In this document: positions 10,004-19,850 of the stretch, piece after piece
Numbering within the stretch: the stretch's first letter is position 1
Layout: every line of letters starts with the position of its first letter
Source of the DNA: Candidatus Bathyarchaeota archaeon
GTDB taxonomy: Archaea > Thermoproteota > Bathyarchaeia > Bathyarchaeales > Bathycorpusculaceae
NCBI GenBank assembly: GCA_963827165.1
Contig: CAWGZR010000005.1
Coordinates: forward strand, 544,001-608,000
DNA length: 64,000 bases
Reading direction: 5' to 3'
The notes under the pieces: model-generated
Seen by the model: the letters and a program-made list of their open reading frames with translations, nothing else
The model's database searches: none
Told to the model about the DNA's origin: nothing
Translations under genes and position numbers: made by a program

Positions 10004-10144
10004 TTTTGCGGGTCAAACTATTGGGGCTTAAGCTAGTAATTTAAGATTGCTGTCTATTTCGCATCAAACTTCGCGGCAAATTAGTATTCAAGAAATGGTT
10101 TTCTCCTTAATGATTCATTCATTGATTGACGCAGGGAACTAAAC

Positions 10145-10167
10145 TTTTATTAACATAATCGTACGAT
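10145..10167 (+). promoter_or_regulatory. TATA box plus downstream palindrome (possible operator) before the Lrp gene
   Basis: TTTTATTAA at ~10145-10153, then perfect palindrome ATCGTACGAT at 10158-10167. Confidence 0.35.
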
Positions 10168-10225
10168 AATCAAAATACTGTTTCAAAAACAAGGGTTTAA
10201 TTGAAAAAACGTGCAGAATGGTGTT

Positions 10226-10672
10226 ATGATGGATTTAAATGAAACTGACCAAAAAATCCTAAAAAGCCTTCTGGAAGATGCAAGGTTTTCAAGCAGGCAA
10301 ATAGCCAAAAATGTAGGCGTTTCCGTCGGGACTGTTCTCTCCAGAATCAAAAAGATGGAGGACGAAGGCCTCATCAAAGGCTACTCCGTCATAATCGATC
10401 ATGAAAAGCTCGGTTACCAGTTGACCGTGGTGACTGAAATCACCGTTTCCAAGGGTAAACTCGTGGAAACCGAAAACGAAATAGCTAAAATCCCAAACGT
10501 TTGCAGCGTCTACGACGTAACAGGCCTAACTGACGCCATCATCGTTGCAAAGTTCAAAAGCAGAGAAGACCTCGGGCACTTCACCAAGAAACTGCTAGCG
10601 CTACCCTTCATCGAGCGAACAAACACACATGTAGTCTTAGCTACCGTTAAAGAAAACTTCCGCCTACTCTAA
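10226..10672 (+). CDS. Lrp/AsnC family transcriptional regulator
   Basis: DLNETDQKILKSLLEDARFSSRQIAKNVGVSVGTVLSRIKKME HTH; VYDVTG RAM domain. Confidence 0.92.
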   Translation: MMDLNETDQKILKSLLEDARFSSRQIAKNVGVSVGTVLSRIKKMEDEGLIKGYSVIIDHEKLGYQLTVVTEITVSKGKLVETENEIAKIPNVCSVYDVTGLTDAIIVAKFKSREDLGHFTKKLLALPFIERTNTHVVLATVKENFRLL

Positions 10673-10842
10673 AATAACCAGTTTTCTGGTTCTTTTTTTC
10701 ACAATTTAGTAGGCGACAAGACGGGCATTTTTTCGAGTTCTTCATCGGTGGCAATCGGGACGGTTTGCTGCTAAGTAAAGCCTTTAAATGTCAAAGCGAA
10801 TTCTATATTCCGCACCGCCTCAAACAGCTAGAAAATGTGCAT

Positions 10843-10930
10843 GCGGAGGTCGCCCAGCATGGCCAAAGGCGTAGGACTGAGGCTCCTATCCCGCAGGGGT
10901 TCGTGGGTTCAAATCCCACCCTCCGCACCA
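10843..10930 (+). tRNA. tRNA-Leu(GAG), CCA encoded
   Basis: GCGGAGG/CCTCCGC acceptor stem, TAGGA-CTGAGGC-TCCTA anticodon arm, long variable arm, GGTTCAAATCC T-loop, ACCA end. Confidence 0.95.
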
Positions 10931-10995
10931 ACCAACTATTTTTGAGGGCAAGTGAAATATAGCTTAAGCGACAATTTTGGTAGCTGGCGGTCGGT

Positions 10996-11451
10996 ATGCC
11001 GTTAACTGCAAGATACCCTTTCCGGCAGCATTTCGCTGTTTCTGCCAAAGAAGCCCTCCAATGGTGCACCAGCTTTGATCCACATGACCACGTGTTGATG
11101 GGTAATCAAGGCGTTGAGCGGCAGGTAAGCATCATTGCCGAAGGCACAATAATCCTAAAAGACCTTTTCCATAAAGCAACGGGCACAATTGAGAAGGAAA
11201 AACTCGTGCAGCTTTACCCCGATCAGTTGTCATGGGTATCCACGCATTTGACAGGACCAAACAGGTACTCTCAGTTCCTCTACAAAATCTCAGCCGACGG
11301 CAAAGAAGGTTCGATTTTAGATTTCACGGGGCTACATTTAGGTTATGTGGTCAAGATAGGTGCCGAAGAACTAGCCCAAAAACTCTGCGCCGACGACGCG
11401 GCTGCCTGGAAGCTTTTGGCAAAAGCGATTGAAAAAGAGCCGGAAAAATAA
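10996..11451 (+). CDS. Hypothetical protein (possibly SRPBCC/START-like fold)
   Basis: 151-aa ATG ORF filling the gap; beta-rich pattern with C-terminal helix 'DAAAWKLLAKAIE'. Confidence 0.55.
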   Translation: MPLTARYPFRQHFAVSAKEALQWCTSFDPHDHVLMGNQGVERQVSIIAEGTIILKDLFHKATGTIEKEKLVQLYPDQLSWVSTHLTGPNRYSQFLYKISADGKEGSILDFTGLHLGYVVKIGAEELAQKLCADDAAAWKLLAKAIEKEPEK

Positions 11452-11458
11452 TGTCTTT

Positions 11459-12004
11459 TTAATTAACTGTGCGAGTTGCCTCCGCTTGGACAAACTCTTT
11501 TCTGGATGCCACAATGAAAACCACGCTTACTACTAGAAGGGTTGTTACGGGTAAGCCAAACTGCATGTAAGACATTAACGAGGTGGGCTCTGTTAACTCA
11601 ATAAAGAGCATCGTTAAAACTCCAGCGAAAAGCAAAAGGATTGGACCAGCAACTGAAAACCTAAAGCGCTCTCTCTTCGCCGCAAAAGATCCAGCTTGCA
11701 AATTGACTGCAAAGCAAGAAATGCCCACAACACCGACGGTTAGAGTTTGGAACACATATGGGTTATTGTTGAATTGGAAGCTTGTGACTCGGAAGTAGCA
11801 GAAGGTGATAAATGGGATTATTTCGAAGAGACTTATAAAAAAAATTGCAAATCCGCTAATTAATGCTAGAACTCTTCCTGTAGTCGAAAGGAGTTTACGT
11901 TTTTGTAGCGAGTAGGATTCAATCGGTACATTTTCAATTTTAGGCAAATTTGGCTCTTTTGAGAACCAAGCTTTGATTTTATTCAGAGTTGCTTTTGGAT
12001 CCAC
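11459..12004 (-). CDS. Hypothetical membrane protein (~4 TM)
   Basis: GTG start behind GGAGG; four hydrophobic segments. Confidence 0.6.
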   Translation of the reverse strand: MDPKATLNKIKAWFSKEPNLPKIENVPIESYSLQKRKLLSTTGRVLALISGFAIFFISLFEIIPFITFCYFRVTSFQFNNNPYVFQTLTVGVVGISCFAVNLQAGSFAAKRERFRFSVAGPILLLFAGVLTMLFIELTEPTSLMSYMQFGLPVTTLLVVSVVFIVASRKEFVQAEATRTVN

Positions 12005-12072
12005 TCCTTCGCCTCCACGACATTATCCCTGCTCGAGGTAAATAAGCGACAACGATGCAAATTCTCATGATG

Positions 12073-14025
12073 CTACATTTTGTCTGGCGCAACAACCCCG
12101 ATGAGCGTTAATGCATTGTGCATCACGATTTCTATTGCTTGCGTCAATGTGAGGCGCGCGTCAATGAGACCTTCTGAATCCGCTTTCAGCACGGGCAGCG
12201 CATTGTAGAATGTGTTGAATTTGTCAGCCAGCGCGTTCGCATAGTCCGCGATTAGGTTGGGTTTTAGGTATTCTGTGGCTTCGGCGAAGGCATCCGGGAA
12301 CCCTGCGAGATTCATCACCAGTTCGCGTTCGAGCTTCTCCACAAGAAGTTCGTAAGCGGGCGCCTCTGGTTCTCGTTCGGCTTTCCGTAGGATGCTGCAG
12401 GCTCTTGCGTGGGTGTATTGGACGTATGGTGCGCTGTTAGTTTCAAAGTTGAGCACACGTTCCCAGGTGAAGACAACTGGTTTCGATGGGTCAACGTCGA
12501 CCAGGGCGTAGCGGACGGCGCCTAAGCCGACGAAGTTGGCGATTTTTCGTTTCTCCTCATCAGAAAGCATCGGTGAACGCTTCGAAACCTCTTCGTAAGC
12601 TCGTTGGACCGCTTCGTCTAGTACGTCGTCGAAAGTGATGTAGTGTCCTCGACGGCTGCTCATCTTGTAACCGGGCAATGTGACTAGGTTGTAGGCGAAA
12701 TGCACTAGGTTGTCAGCGTACGCGCCATCGCCTAATGCATAGAGAGCAATCTTAAGCTGTAGCTGCGCCAGCGACTGCTCCATGCCGATAATGTTTATGA
12801 CTTTCTGTGCGCGCTTGAACTTCCAAAGAGTGTAGGCTATGTCGCGTGTCGTGTACAGGGTGGTGCCGTCGGCGCGTCCAAGTGTCAGAGGCGGGACCTC
12901 ATTGTTCTCGCTCAAACCCAATTTTCCCTTTAAATCCAAGACCTGAATAACTTTCTCGGCGTCAAATTCGACCACGCCTTTCTCGCTAAAGACAAACGGG
13001 GATGTCTTAAGCTTCTGCAGAACTTCACTGACTTGTGTGCTCCATACAAAATCGCTTTCCCAATCCCAACTGTCGTAGGTGACTCCGACACGCTTCATGG
13101 TTTCGCGAAAGCCCTCAAGGCATAAGTCGCTGACTTCGCGGATAAGCTGCTTAGCATGGGGTTCCCCGTCTTCGTAGGCGCGGTTAAGTCTGTTGATTTC
13201 TTCCTCGGGGTTCGCATCCATCCCGATTTTATTCGTTAAAGCTTCAAACAACGCTGGATGTTTCTCTTTGAGCTCCGCGGCAATCGACATCCACTCATCG
13301 ATGTCTTTGTTCACCTTCGCCAGATCATCCACAGAATTTACTGCGATGGCCAAGTCTCGTGCCCTCTTCAATCGGTTAATTTCGACGAGACAACTAGTCA
13401 CCGTGTAAATTTTGCCTACGAAAAGGTCCGGTTTCTCAGTAGGTTTGGGTCTGCCCAGCTTATCGTACCCATAAGCTACCACTGACGATTGCCTGCCCAC
13501 GTCATCTATGTAATAGTGACGTGAGACTTTGTGCCCCCTGGATTCCAAGATACGTGCCAGTGCATCGCCAAGCATCGGGTTCCTAGCTTGCCCAATATGA
13601 ATTGGGTGAAGCGGGTTGACGCTGGTGTGCTCAACAATGATTTTGGTCGGCTGAGAGGTTTTGACGAATCCATATTCAAATTTAAATTCCTTGATTGATT
13701 CCAATGTTAGAGCTGAAAACTTTGAAAAGTTAACGTGAAAATTAAGGTAGCCCGCGCCCGCGCAGGAAACCCTTTCAATTAAATTGAAGCTTGACGAATC
13801 GATCGCAGCGGCAAGATGTTCCGCAACGGCGAGCGGCTTCTGATTAAGCTTCTTCGCCAATTCAAAGCAGAGCGATGAAGCAAGTTGACCGTACTCGATG
13901 TTGGGAGTCCCGTTTAGCGTTATGTTTGGCATCCTTATTTCCGGTAGAGCCTTCTTGATGGCGTTAGCTAGTGCCGTTTGGCATTCATTGCGGAATTGTT
14001 CGAATGGGTTTTCTGCAATCATCAT
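12073..14025 (-). CDS. argS: Arginine--tRNA ligase
   Basis: EHTSVNPLHPIHIGQARN (HIGH), DGTTLYTTRDIAY, KMSSRRG, PYVQYTHARACSIL. Confidence 0.96.
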   Translation of the reverse strand: MMIAENPFEQFRNECQTALANAIKKALPEIRMPNITLNGTPNIEYGQLASSLCFELAKKLNQKPLAVAEHLAAAIDSSSFNLIERVSCAGAGYLNFHVNFSKFSALTLESIKEFKFEYGFVKTSQPTKIIVEHTSVNPLHPIHIGQARNPMLGDALARILESRGHKVSRHYYIDDVGRQSSVVAYGYDKLGRPKPTEKPDLFVGKIYTVTSCLVEINRLKRARDLAIAVNSVDDLAKVNKDIDEWMSIAAELKEKHPALFEALTNKIGMDANPEEEINRLNRAYEDGEPHAKQLIREVSDLCLEGFRETMKRVGVTYDSWDWESDFVWSTQVSEVLQKLKTSPFVFSEKGVVEFDAEKVIQVLDLKGKLGLSENNEVPPLTLGRADGTTLYTTRDIAYTLWKFKRAQKVINIIGMEQSLAQLQLKIALYALGDGAYADNLVHFAYNLVTLPGYKMSSRRGHYITFDDVLDEAVQRAYEEVSKRSPMLSDEEKRKIANFVGLGAVRYALVDVDPSKPVVFTWERVLNFETNSAPYVQYTHARACSILRKAEREPEAPAYELLVEKLERELVMNLAGFPDAFAEATEYLKPNLIADYANALADKFNTFYNALPVLKADSEGLIDARLTLTQAIEIVMHNALTLIGVVAPDKM

Positions 14026-14112
14026 TTTTTCTCCGTTTGATTCGGATGTTTGATTGATTCGTTATGTTTTAAAGTTAAATCGTTACTTATCAGTGTAATG
14101 GATGCAGTAACC

Positions 14113-14961
14113 TTGAACACCAAAATTGTGTATTCTGAAAAATGTTTGGGCTACGGCGCATGGCACATTGAAGGACCCCAAAGAGTTAAGGTAGCGGCTG
14201 AAATTTTGAAGGACAAAGGCTACGAGTTTCTAGAGCCGACGCCTGGAACTGAAGAAGATCTGCTATTAGTTCACGACCCAGAATATCTATGGAAACTCAA
14301 AAAAGGCTTAGTAGAGGACGCGGATACACCAGCTTACAGCAACATCTACGAATATGCCCGCCTTTCAGTCGGTGGCGCCCTCCTAGCCAGCCAAATCCAC
14401 GGTTTCTCCCTTATGCGACCCCCAGGACACCATGTTGGACGATATGGCGCAGCATTGGGCGTCTACACACGTGGATTTTGCTATCTAAATAACATTGCAA
14501 TAGCAGTCAAAAAACTTGGCAAGAAAACTTTGATTTTGGACATTGATGGGCACCATGGGAATGGAACCCAAGAATTTTTCCAAGGAGACGACCAAGTCAC
14601 ATACCTTTCCCTGCATCAATCGCCCAACTACCCGGGAACCGGCGATTTTTCAGAGGGAAACTGCATCAACTATGTTTTGCCGTCGAACGCCCAAGGCAAA
14701 CTATATTTCGAAACGCTTGATAGCGCCATCGCAAAGGTTGATTTCGCCAAAGTCGAAGTCGTCGCGGTTTCTTCCGGTTTTGACACTCACGTCGGTGATC
14801 TAGCGACTTTAGGTTTGGTTGAAATTGACTATTGGCAGATCGGAAAGAGAATTGCACAGATGAAAAAGCCCGTTTTCTTTGTATTGGAAGGCGGCTACGC
14901 GGGTGAAAAGGTCGGTCTAGACATAGATAGCCTATTGAGAGGTTATGAAGAAAACAAATAG
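14113..14961 (+). CDS. Histone deacetylase/acetylpolyamine amidohydrolase family protein (compact form)
   Basis: HIEGPQR, RPPGHH, GFCYLNN, DIDGHHGNGT, SSGFD, LEGGY; exact start uncertain. Confidence 0.9.
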   Translation: MNTKIVYSEKCLGYGAWHIEGPQRVKVAAEILKDKGYEFLEPTPGTEEDLLLVHDPEYLWKLKKGLVEDADTPAYSNIYEYARLSVGGALLASQIHGFSLMRPPGHHVGRYGAALGVYTRGFCYLNNIAIAVKKLGKKTLILDIDGHHGNGTQEFFQGDDQVTYLSLHQSPNYPGTGDFSEGNCINYVLPSNAQGKLYFETLDSAIAKVDFAKVEVVAVSSGFDTHVGDLATLGLVEIDYWQIGKRIAQMKKPVFFVLEGGYAGEKVGLDIDSLLRGYEENK

Positions 14962-14971
14962 TGCGAGAAGG

Positions 14972-15601
14972 CTATTGCTCCTTCTTTTGCCTTGCTTCCA
15001 TGGTCTTTCTGTTTAGTTTTTCAAGCGTGGTTGAAACTTTTTCGGATCGTTTCTCTGCTGCGGCCAAAAGCGGTTTCCAATCCTTATTTTTCGCCAACGT
15101 ACTCAAGTGTTCACATTGCGTAGCAAGTTGTGCGAGTGCATCATTGAAGCGTTTGTCTGCTTCCTCATCAGACTCCACGATTTCTAGAGCTTCTTCGGGG
15201 CATGCTTCCTTGCATTTAGGTTCGCCTTGGCATAGGTCGCATGCTATGGCTTTTCCAGATTCTGGGTTTATTGTGATTCCACCGTGTTCGCAGGCCTGGA
15301 CGCACCAGTCGCAGCCTTTGCATGCTTTATCATCGATTACAAGTAAGCCGGTGTCCTCTGATTGAATAATTGCGTGTTCGGGGCATGCTTTAACGCATCG
15401 CGCATCTTTGCATCCTCGGCAGGATAAGGCAAAGTTGAAGACAGGTGTCATACGAACAACACGGATCCTCGATCTCATCGGGTTCCAAACTGCTTCTCCC
15501 TTCTCTACTGTGCAAGCATACTCGCAGATTCCACAGCCAATACATTTGGCTGGGTCAACCGAGACGAATTTTCTTTTCTGTTCTGTTTTGGCAGTCTGCA
15601 T
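14972..15601 (-). CDS. 4Fe-4S dicluster protein (DmsB/HydN-like) with helical C-terminal extension
   Basis: CIGCGICEYAC, CRGCKDARCVKACP, CKGCDWCVQAC, CDLCQGEPKCKEACP. Confidence 0.88.
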   Translation of the reverse strand: MQTAKTEQKRKFVSVDPAKCIGCGICEYACTVEKGEAVWNPMRSRIRVVRMTPVFNFALSCRGCKDARCVKACPEHAIIQSEDTGLLVIDDKACKGCDWCVQACEHGGITINPESGKAIACDLCQGEPKCKEACPEEALEIVESDEEADKRFNDALAQLATQCEHLSTLAKNKDWKPLLAAAEKRSEKVSTTLEKLNRKTMEARQKKEQ

Positions 15602-15871
15602 TTTAGCGACCAAACCTTTCTTGGTGTTAGGTAGTTTGTGCATCATTTGCCTTTTAACCGTTGCTTAAGAAAACCAGTTTTTTGATGGAAAAAAATCTCT
15701 GCTTGGGCTTCTTTTCAACTATATTGCCTGTTATCGCATAGGGTTTCTATGCCTTCCGATGCAACGACTGGAGGGTTTTGGCGGTTTATCTGTTAATAAA
15801 GCGTTATCTGTGCCTTTTCAGTATGACAAATTTCATATACAAGCCGAATAATTTAAAACGGGGTGTACGAT

Positions 15872-16936
15872 ATGAGCGAATCATACTTCAAAAAGAAACT
15901 TGAACCAATCAAGGTTAAACAAAAAAGCATATCTCAGCTTCTTTCTGAAATGGGAAGAACCGCTTACCAAGGGCGCAAACTCGGCGAAGCGGTAGATGTC
16001 TGGGAAAACATGCTTAAAGAAAAAGATCTGACCATCGCCATGGGTTTCGCGGGCTCGATGAGTACGGCGGGGCAGTGGACAATCATCAATTGGCTTATTG
16101 AGAATCGTTTCATCGATGTGTTGGTTTCCACAGGCGCCAACGTTTCAGAGGATATAGTTGATGCAATGGGATTGGGTTATTGGCAGGGAAGCCACATGGT
16201 TGACGATTCAGCCCTGCTTAAAGCTGACGTTAACAGGTACTATGACGTTTTCGGGAAAGAAACAGACTACCGAAAAATGGAGGAACTAGTCACAGACTTC
16301 GTCATGACCTGCAAAACAGACTATTACTACACGTCGGCTGAATTTCTCTATCTGCTTGGGAAATATCTTGGCAAGAAAAAGATTCCCGCAATCTCCGCCA
16401 TCGCGGCTGCAAACGGAGTTCCAATATTCAGTCCAGCCATGGTTGATAGCGCCTACGGCGAAACCTTCCTTATGGCCAAGAACCAGGGACACAGCGTTCA
16501 CATTGACTCCGTCAGGGAATTCGACGAGTTCATCAGCATAGGGACCAAAACCAAAGATGTTGGTGTCGTCTACATAGGCGGAGGCGTACCCAAAGACCTC
16601 ACCCAACTCATCGCTATATCCGTCTCGCCCCTCACAGAAGATCAAGGCGTCAAAGGCAGAAAAGGCGGCTTACGCAAAGGTCTACAGGAATACTACTACC
16701 CCCACAAATACGCGATACAAATAACCACCGACTCACAGCAGTGGGGCGGCTTAAGCGGTTGCACACTCGAAGAAGCCATCAGCTGGGGAAAAATCAACAG
16801 CCAAGAAGGAACCAGAGCAGTGTGTTACTGCGACGCAACCATCGCGCTGCCACTAATAGCCCACGCACTATGCGAGAGAGTTCCAGAAAAACGCAAAGGA
16901 CCCGACATGAGCTGGCTATTCAAAGGCGTAACCTAA
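15872..16936 (+). CDS. Deoxyhypusine synthase-like protein (paralogue 1; possible homospermidine synthase)
   Basis: VSTGAN, IGGGVPKD, WGGLSGCTLEEAISWGK. Confidence 0.85.
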   Translation: MSESYFKKKLEPIKVKQKSISQLLSEMGRTAYQGRKLGEAVDVWENMLKEKDLTIAMGFAGSMSTAGQWTIINWLIENRFIDVLVSTGANVSEDIVDAMGLGYWQGSHMVDDSALLKADVNRYYDVFGKETDYRKMEELVTDFVMTCKTDYYYTSAEFLYLLGKYLGKKKIPAISAIAAANGVPIFSPAMVDSAYGETFLMAKNQGHSVHIDSVREFDEFISIGTKTKDVGVVYIGGGVPKDLTQLIAISVSPLTEDQGVKGRKGGLRKGLQEYYYPHKYAIQITTDSQQWGGLSGCTLEEAISWGKINSQEGTRAVCYCDATIALPLIAHALCERVPEKRKGPDMSWLFKGVT

Positions 16937-16959
16937 GTTTTTTCGACAAACAAAGGCGC

Positions 16960-18462
16960 CTAAGTCGGAGGCCCTTTTGTGTTCCTTTCAATTTGCCTCC
17001 AGGCGTCCTTTCCGCCAAGGTAAGATAGGAATGCCGCGACTAGTAGAAGTAGAATTGAGGAAATAAACGCGGCGTCAATTCCCGTTAGAAACGTTTGTGA
17101 CACTCCACCCGACAAGTTTGTTGTTCCGATGAAAACTTGGAACGCAACGCCTCTGGGTATTGTCGCAGACGCAACAGATATGGCAAGAACAAAACTGCCG
17201 AGCAGCCCGACATTTTGAATAGTTCTCAAAAGTCCCGAGAGGCTTCCGTACGCGCCGGGTTTGGCGTTTGACATAACTGCGTTGAAGTTTGCAGGGAAAA
17301 ACATGGAGGCGCCAACTCCCGAGACTGCCGAAGCAACAATAACTATTGCTAAGGAAGAGTCAACTTTCATTGTGAGAAATACTAACGTGGCGATAATTAG
17401 GGAAATCGCGCCTAAAGTTGTCAAGTTTCTTGTGCCATATTTGTCAGATAATCTCCCCATTACTGGACTGAGAAAGCTTCCAGCAACATAACCCGGTACA
17501 AGAAGTAGTGATGCGTTTAACGGCGAAAGAGCCCTTATTCCCTGCAGATACATGATTACCAAGAAAATAACCGCTAAATATCCCAAGCTGGTAAAAAACA
17601 GTGCGGCCACGGAATTTCTTAAGACTTTGTTCTTGAATGATTGAAAATCGATAGTTGGGCTTTTTCTGCTGTGGTCATAAATAAGAAAAACAATTATCAA
17701 GGCCCCTCCAACTGCCATTTCAAAGGCGTTACCAAATGTTATTCCTGAGGCGGCGTACCCTGTCGCGCCGTAAGATAGAATTCCGAGAGCACCGCCGAAG
17801 ATTAGCATTCCAACTATGTCAATTTTAGCTATGACGCGATAGGTGTCCTGAAGGTACCTTAACCCGATAGCGATGGCGATTATTCCGATTGGGGCGTTTA
17901 TGAAGAAAATATATTGCCAACCCACAAAAGTCGTTATGACTCCACCCAATACAATTCCAACAATCGCGCCCACCGTGAAGCCTAAAGCGTTGAATCCGAA
18001 TGCTCTCCCTCTTATTTCTCTGGGGAAGACATCTGAAATGATCGCACTGCTGTTTGATTGTATCAGCGAACCGCCTACGGCCTGTATAATTCTGAACCCT
18101 ATTAACAGACCGATTGACGTAGAAAAGCCGCATAAGACTGAGCCGACTGTGAATATTATGAATCCTACATTGAATATTTTGCTTCTTCCGTAAAGGTCAC
18201 CCAAACGCCCGAATTGAGTAGTAGTAACAGCCAAAACCAAAAGATAAGCCAAGATTATCCAAAGCGTTGTTATGAAATCGGAATGCAGTTTGGCGGTTAT
18301 GGTGGGAAAGGCCAGAAGTACGATTGTGCTATCGACGGCCCCCATCAAAGTACCAACAACCATGACTGACAAGATTATGTTTCGGTTTTTCGCGAACCTC
18401 TCTGTGGGTAACATCTTGCTCTGTTCGTCTTGGCTTTTCACTTTAGGCGAATTTGACTGCAA
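16960..18462 (-). CDS. MFS transporter, DHA2 (14-TM, EmrB/QacA-like)
   Basis: DSTIVLLAFP, GRLGDLYGR motif A, FRIIQAVGG, WQYIFFINAPIG. Confidence 0.92.
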   Translation of the reverse strand: MQSNSPKVKSQDEQSKMLPTERFAKNRNIILSVMVVGTLMGAVDSTIVLLAFPTITAKLHSDFITTLWIILAYLLVLAVTTTQFGRLGDLYGRSKIFNVGFIIFTVGSVLCGFSTSIGLLIGFRIIQAVGGSLIQSNSSAIISDVFPREIRGRAFGFNALGFTVGAIVGIVLGGVITTFVGWQYIFFINAPIGIIAIAIGLRYLQDTYRVIAKIDIVGMLIFGGALGILSYGATGYAASGITFGNAFEMAVGGALIIVFLIYDHSRKSPTIDFQSFKNKVLRNSVAALFFTSLGYLAVIFLVIMYLQGIRALSPLNASLLLVPGYVAGSFLSPVMGRLSDKYGTRNLTTLGAISLIIATLVFLTMKVDSSLAIVIVASAVSGVGASMFFPANFNAVMSNAKPGAYGSLSGLLRTIQNVGLLGSFVLAISVASATIPRGVAFQVFIGTTNLSGGVSQTFLTGIDAAFISSILLLLVAAFLSYLGGKDAWRQIERNTKGPPT

Positions 18463-18644
18463 AAGAAAACTTTCCTTCCAATCTTACAAATCGAATCTTG
18501 ACTTCATAAGGTTGTGTGACTGCTCCGCAACAACAGCGTCCGTATTTCTTTTAAGCCCAAGCGGTCAAAGCCATTATTTTTTTTTACTTTTACTTTGGCT
18601 TTTCCCAGAAAAAACTCGTTCTGACAATCGCATAGAAGTTAGCG

Positions 18645-19745
18645 TTATGCTGGTTTAATTGCGGGTTGCTGGGGTGGGTTATTGCTGGCTTCTTTGGGGC
18701 TAGGGGCTAGCAGTTTCTTGGCTCCATAGGCTTGGATGATGATGTAACCTATTACGAGTGGAGCCCAGAAAGTTACGCTTCTCACGAGGGCAGCCGTGAC
18801 TGCGCTTAAGGCTGGATTCAACCCGTACAGTACAAAGATTGTGGCGAGAAGTATTTCTAGGGTTCCTACCGAGAAGCTGGCTGCCACGTCTGTTAGGGAT
18901 CCTGCTATGAAGTAAACGATGATGAAGAAGGCGAAAGGTTCGCCGCGCAAGCCTAGAGCGAAGAAGACAAGAATGTACTGTGAAAGATTGAAGAGCCAAG
19001 ATATCGTAAGGTAAACAAAGGGTATAATCAAATATTTGGGATTATCGCGGAATGTTTTGAATCCTGAATAGAAAGCTGTGAGGCTCTTCTTGGTTTCAGG
19101 CGACAGGTCACTTGAACGATACTTGCCAGGTCGCACGACCCTAAGTATCTTCAGCCCCAGAGACGCGATTCTCTGGGATGATTTCTGACTTAGCGCAAGA
19201 TACATAAGGATTGCCAGATAAGCGGTGGCGCCAATTATGATGAAGATAAATACTGTTACCACGACAGGTGGAACATTGGATTTCAAAAACAGTATTGCAG
19301 CGCTTGAGAAAAGCCCTGTTACCACGATAATGTATGCTATTATGCGGTTCGTAATTCCTCCGGCCGCCACGGTTCCATAGTCATAGTCTGTTTCTTTATG
19401 CACCAAATAAAGCCTCGTTAGTTCTCCGCAGACGGTTTCGCAGGGCACGACAAGGTCAACGAAATAACCCGTCCAATAGTACATGAAAGCGCTTTTCACG
19501 CTGATCTTGACGTTGAGCGTGTGTAGCACGTTTCTCCATGATAAGAGCCAAAAGAAATTGCCAAGCAGAACCGTGCCTATTGCCAAAGCATAGAAAAACG
19601 CGTATTGCATCGGGTTAACTCCCTGTAGGACGACTGCTATGTTCTTGAAGCCTGCGAAGAAGTAAAGATACAGTACGAAAACAGCAAGTCCTATGAACAT
19701 GAAGAAGAAAGCTTTACGCGTCTGAAAATATTTAGCAACCGACAA
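18645..19745 (-). CDS. Lysylphosphatidylglycerol synthase TM / flippase-like (UPF0104) membrane protein
   Basis: SWRNVL, GELTRLYL, VGTLE, LVRSVTFW patterns; multiple TM helices. Confidence 0.8.
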   Translation of the reverse strand: MSVAKYFQTRKAFFFMFIGLAVFVLYLYFFAGFKNIAVVLQGVNPMQYAFFYALAIGTVLLGNFFWLLSWRNVLHTLNVKISVKSAFMYYWTGYFVDLVVPCETVCGELTRLYLVHKETDYDYGTVAAGGITNRIIAYIIVVTGLFSSAAILFLKSNVPPVVVTVFIFIIIGATAYLAILMYLALSQKSSQRIASLGLKILRVVRPGKYRSSDLSPETKKSLTAFYSGFKTFRDNPKYLIIPFVYLTISWLFNLSQYILVFFALGLRGEPFAFFIIVYFIAGSLTDVAASFSVGTLEILLATIFVLYGLNPALSAVTAALVRSVTFWAPLVIGYIIIQAYGAKKLLAPSPKEASNNPPQQPAIKPA

Positions 19746-19850
19746 AACCGCTGTCCCATTATAATTCTGAATAAAGGGTTACTTTACTGTTACGCACAAT
19801 TCTCACGAAAGACAACATGCCTAAGGCGCTAGCGGATTCTCGCTCTTTTG

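Noticed and set aside
10765-11069. ORFs 10765-10962 (+) and 10803-11069 (-)
   Set aside because: They overlap tRNA-Leu; shadow ORFs
15737-15753. GCATAG-ggttt-CTATGC hairpin upstream of the DHS-like gene as a riboswitch
   Set aside because: Only a 6-bp stem; no match to a riboswitch consensus I recognise
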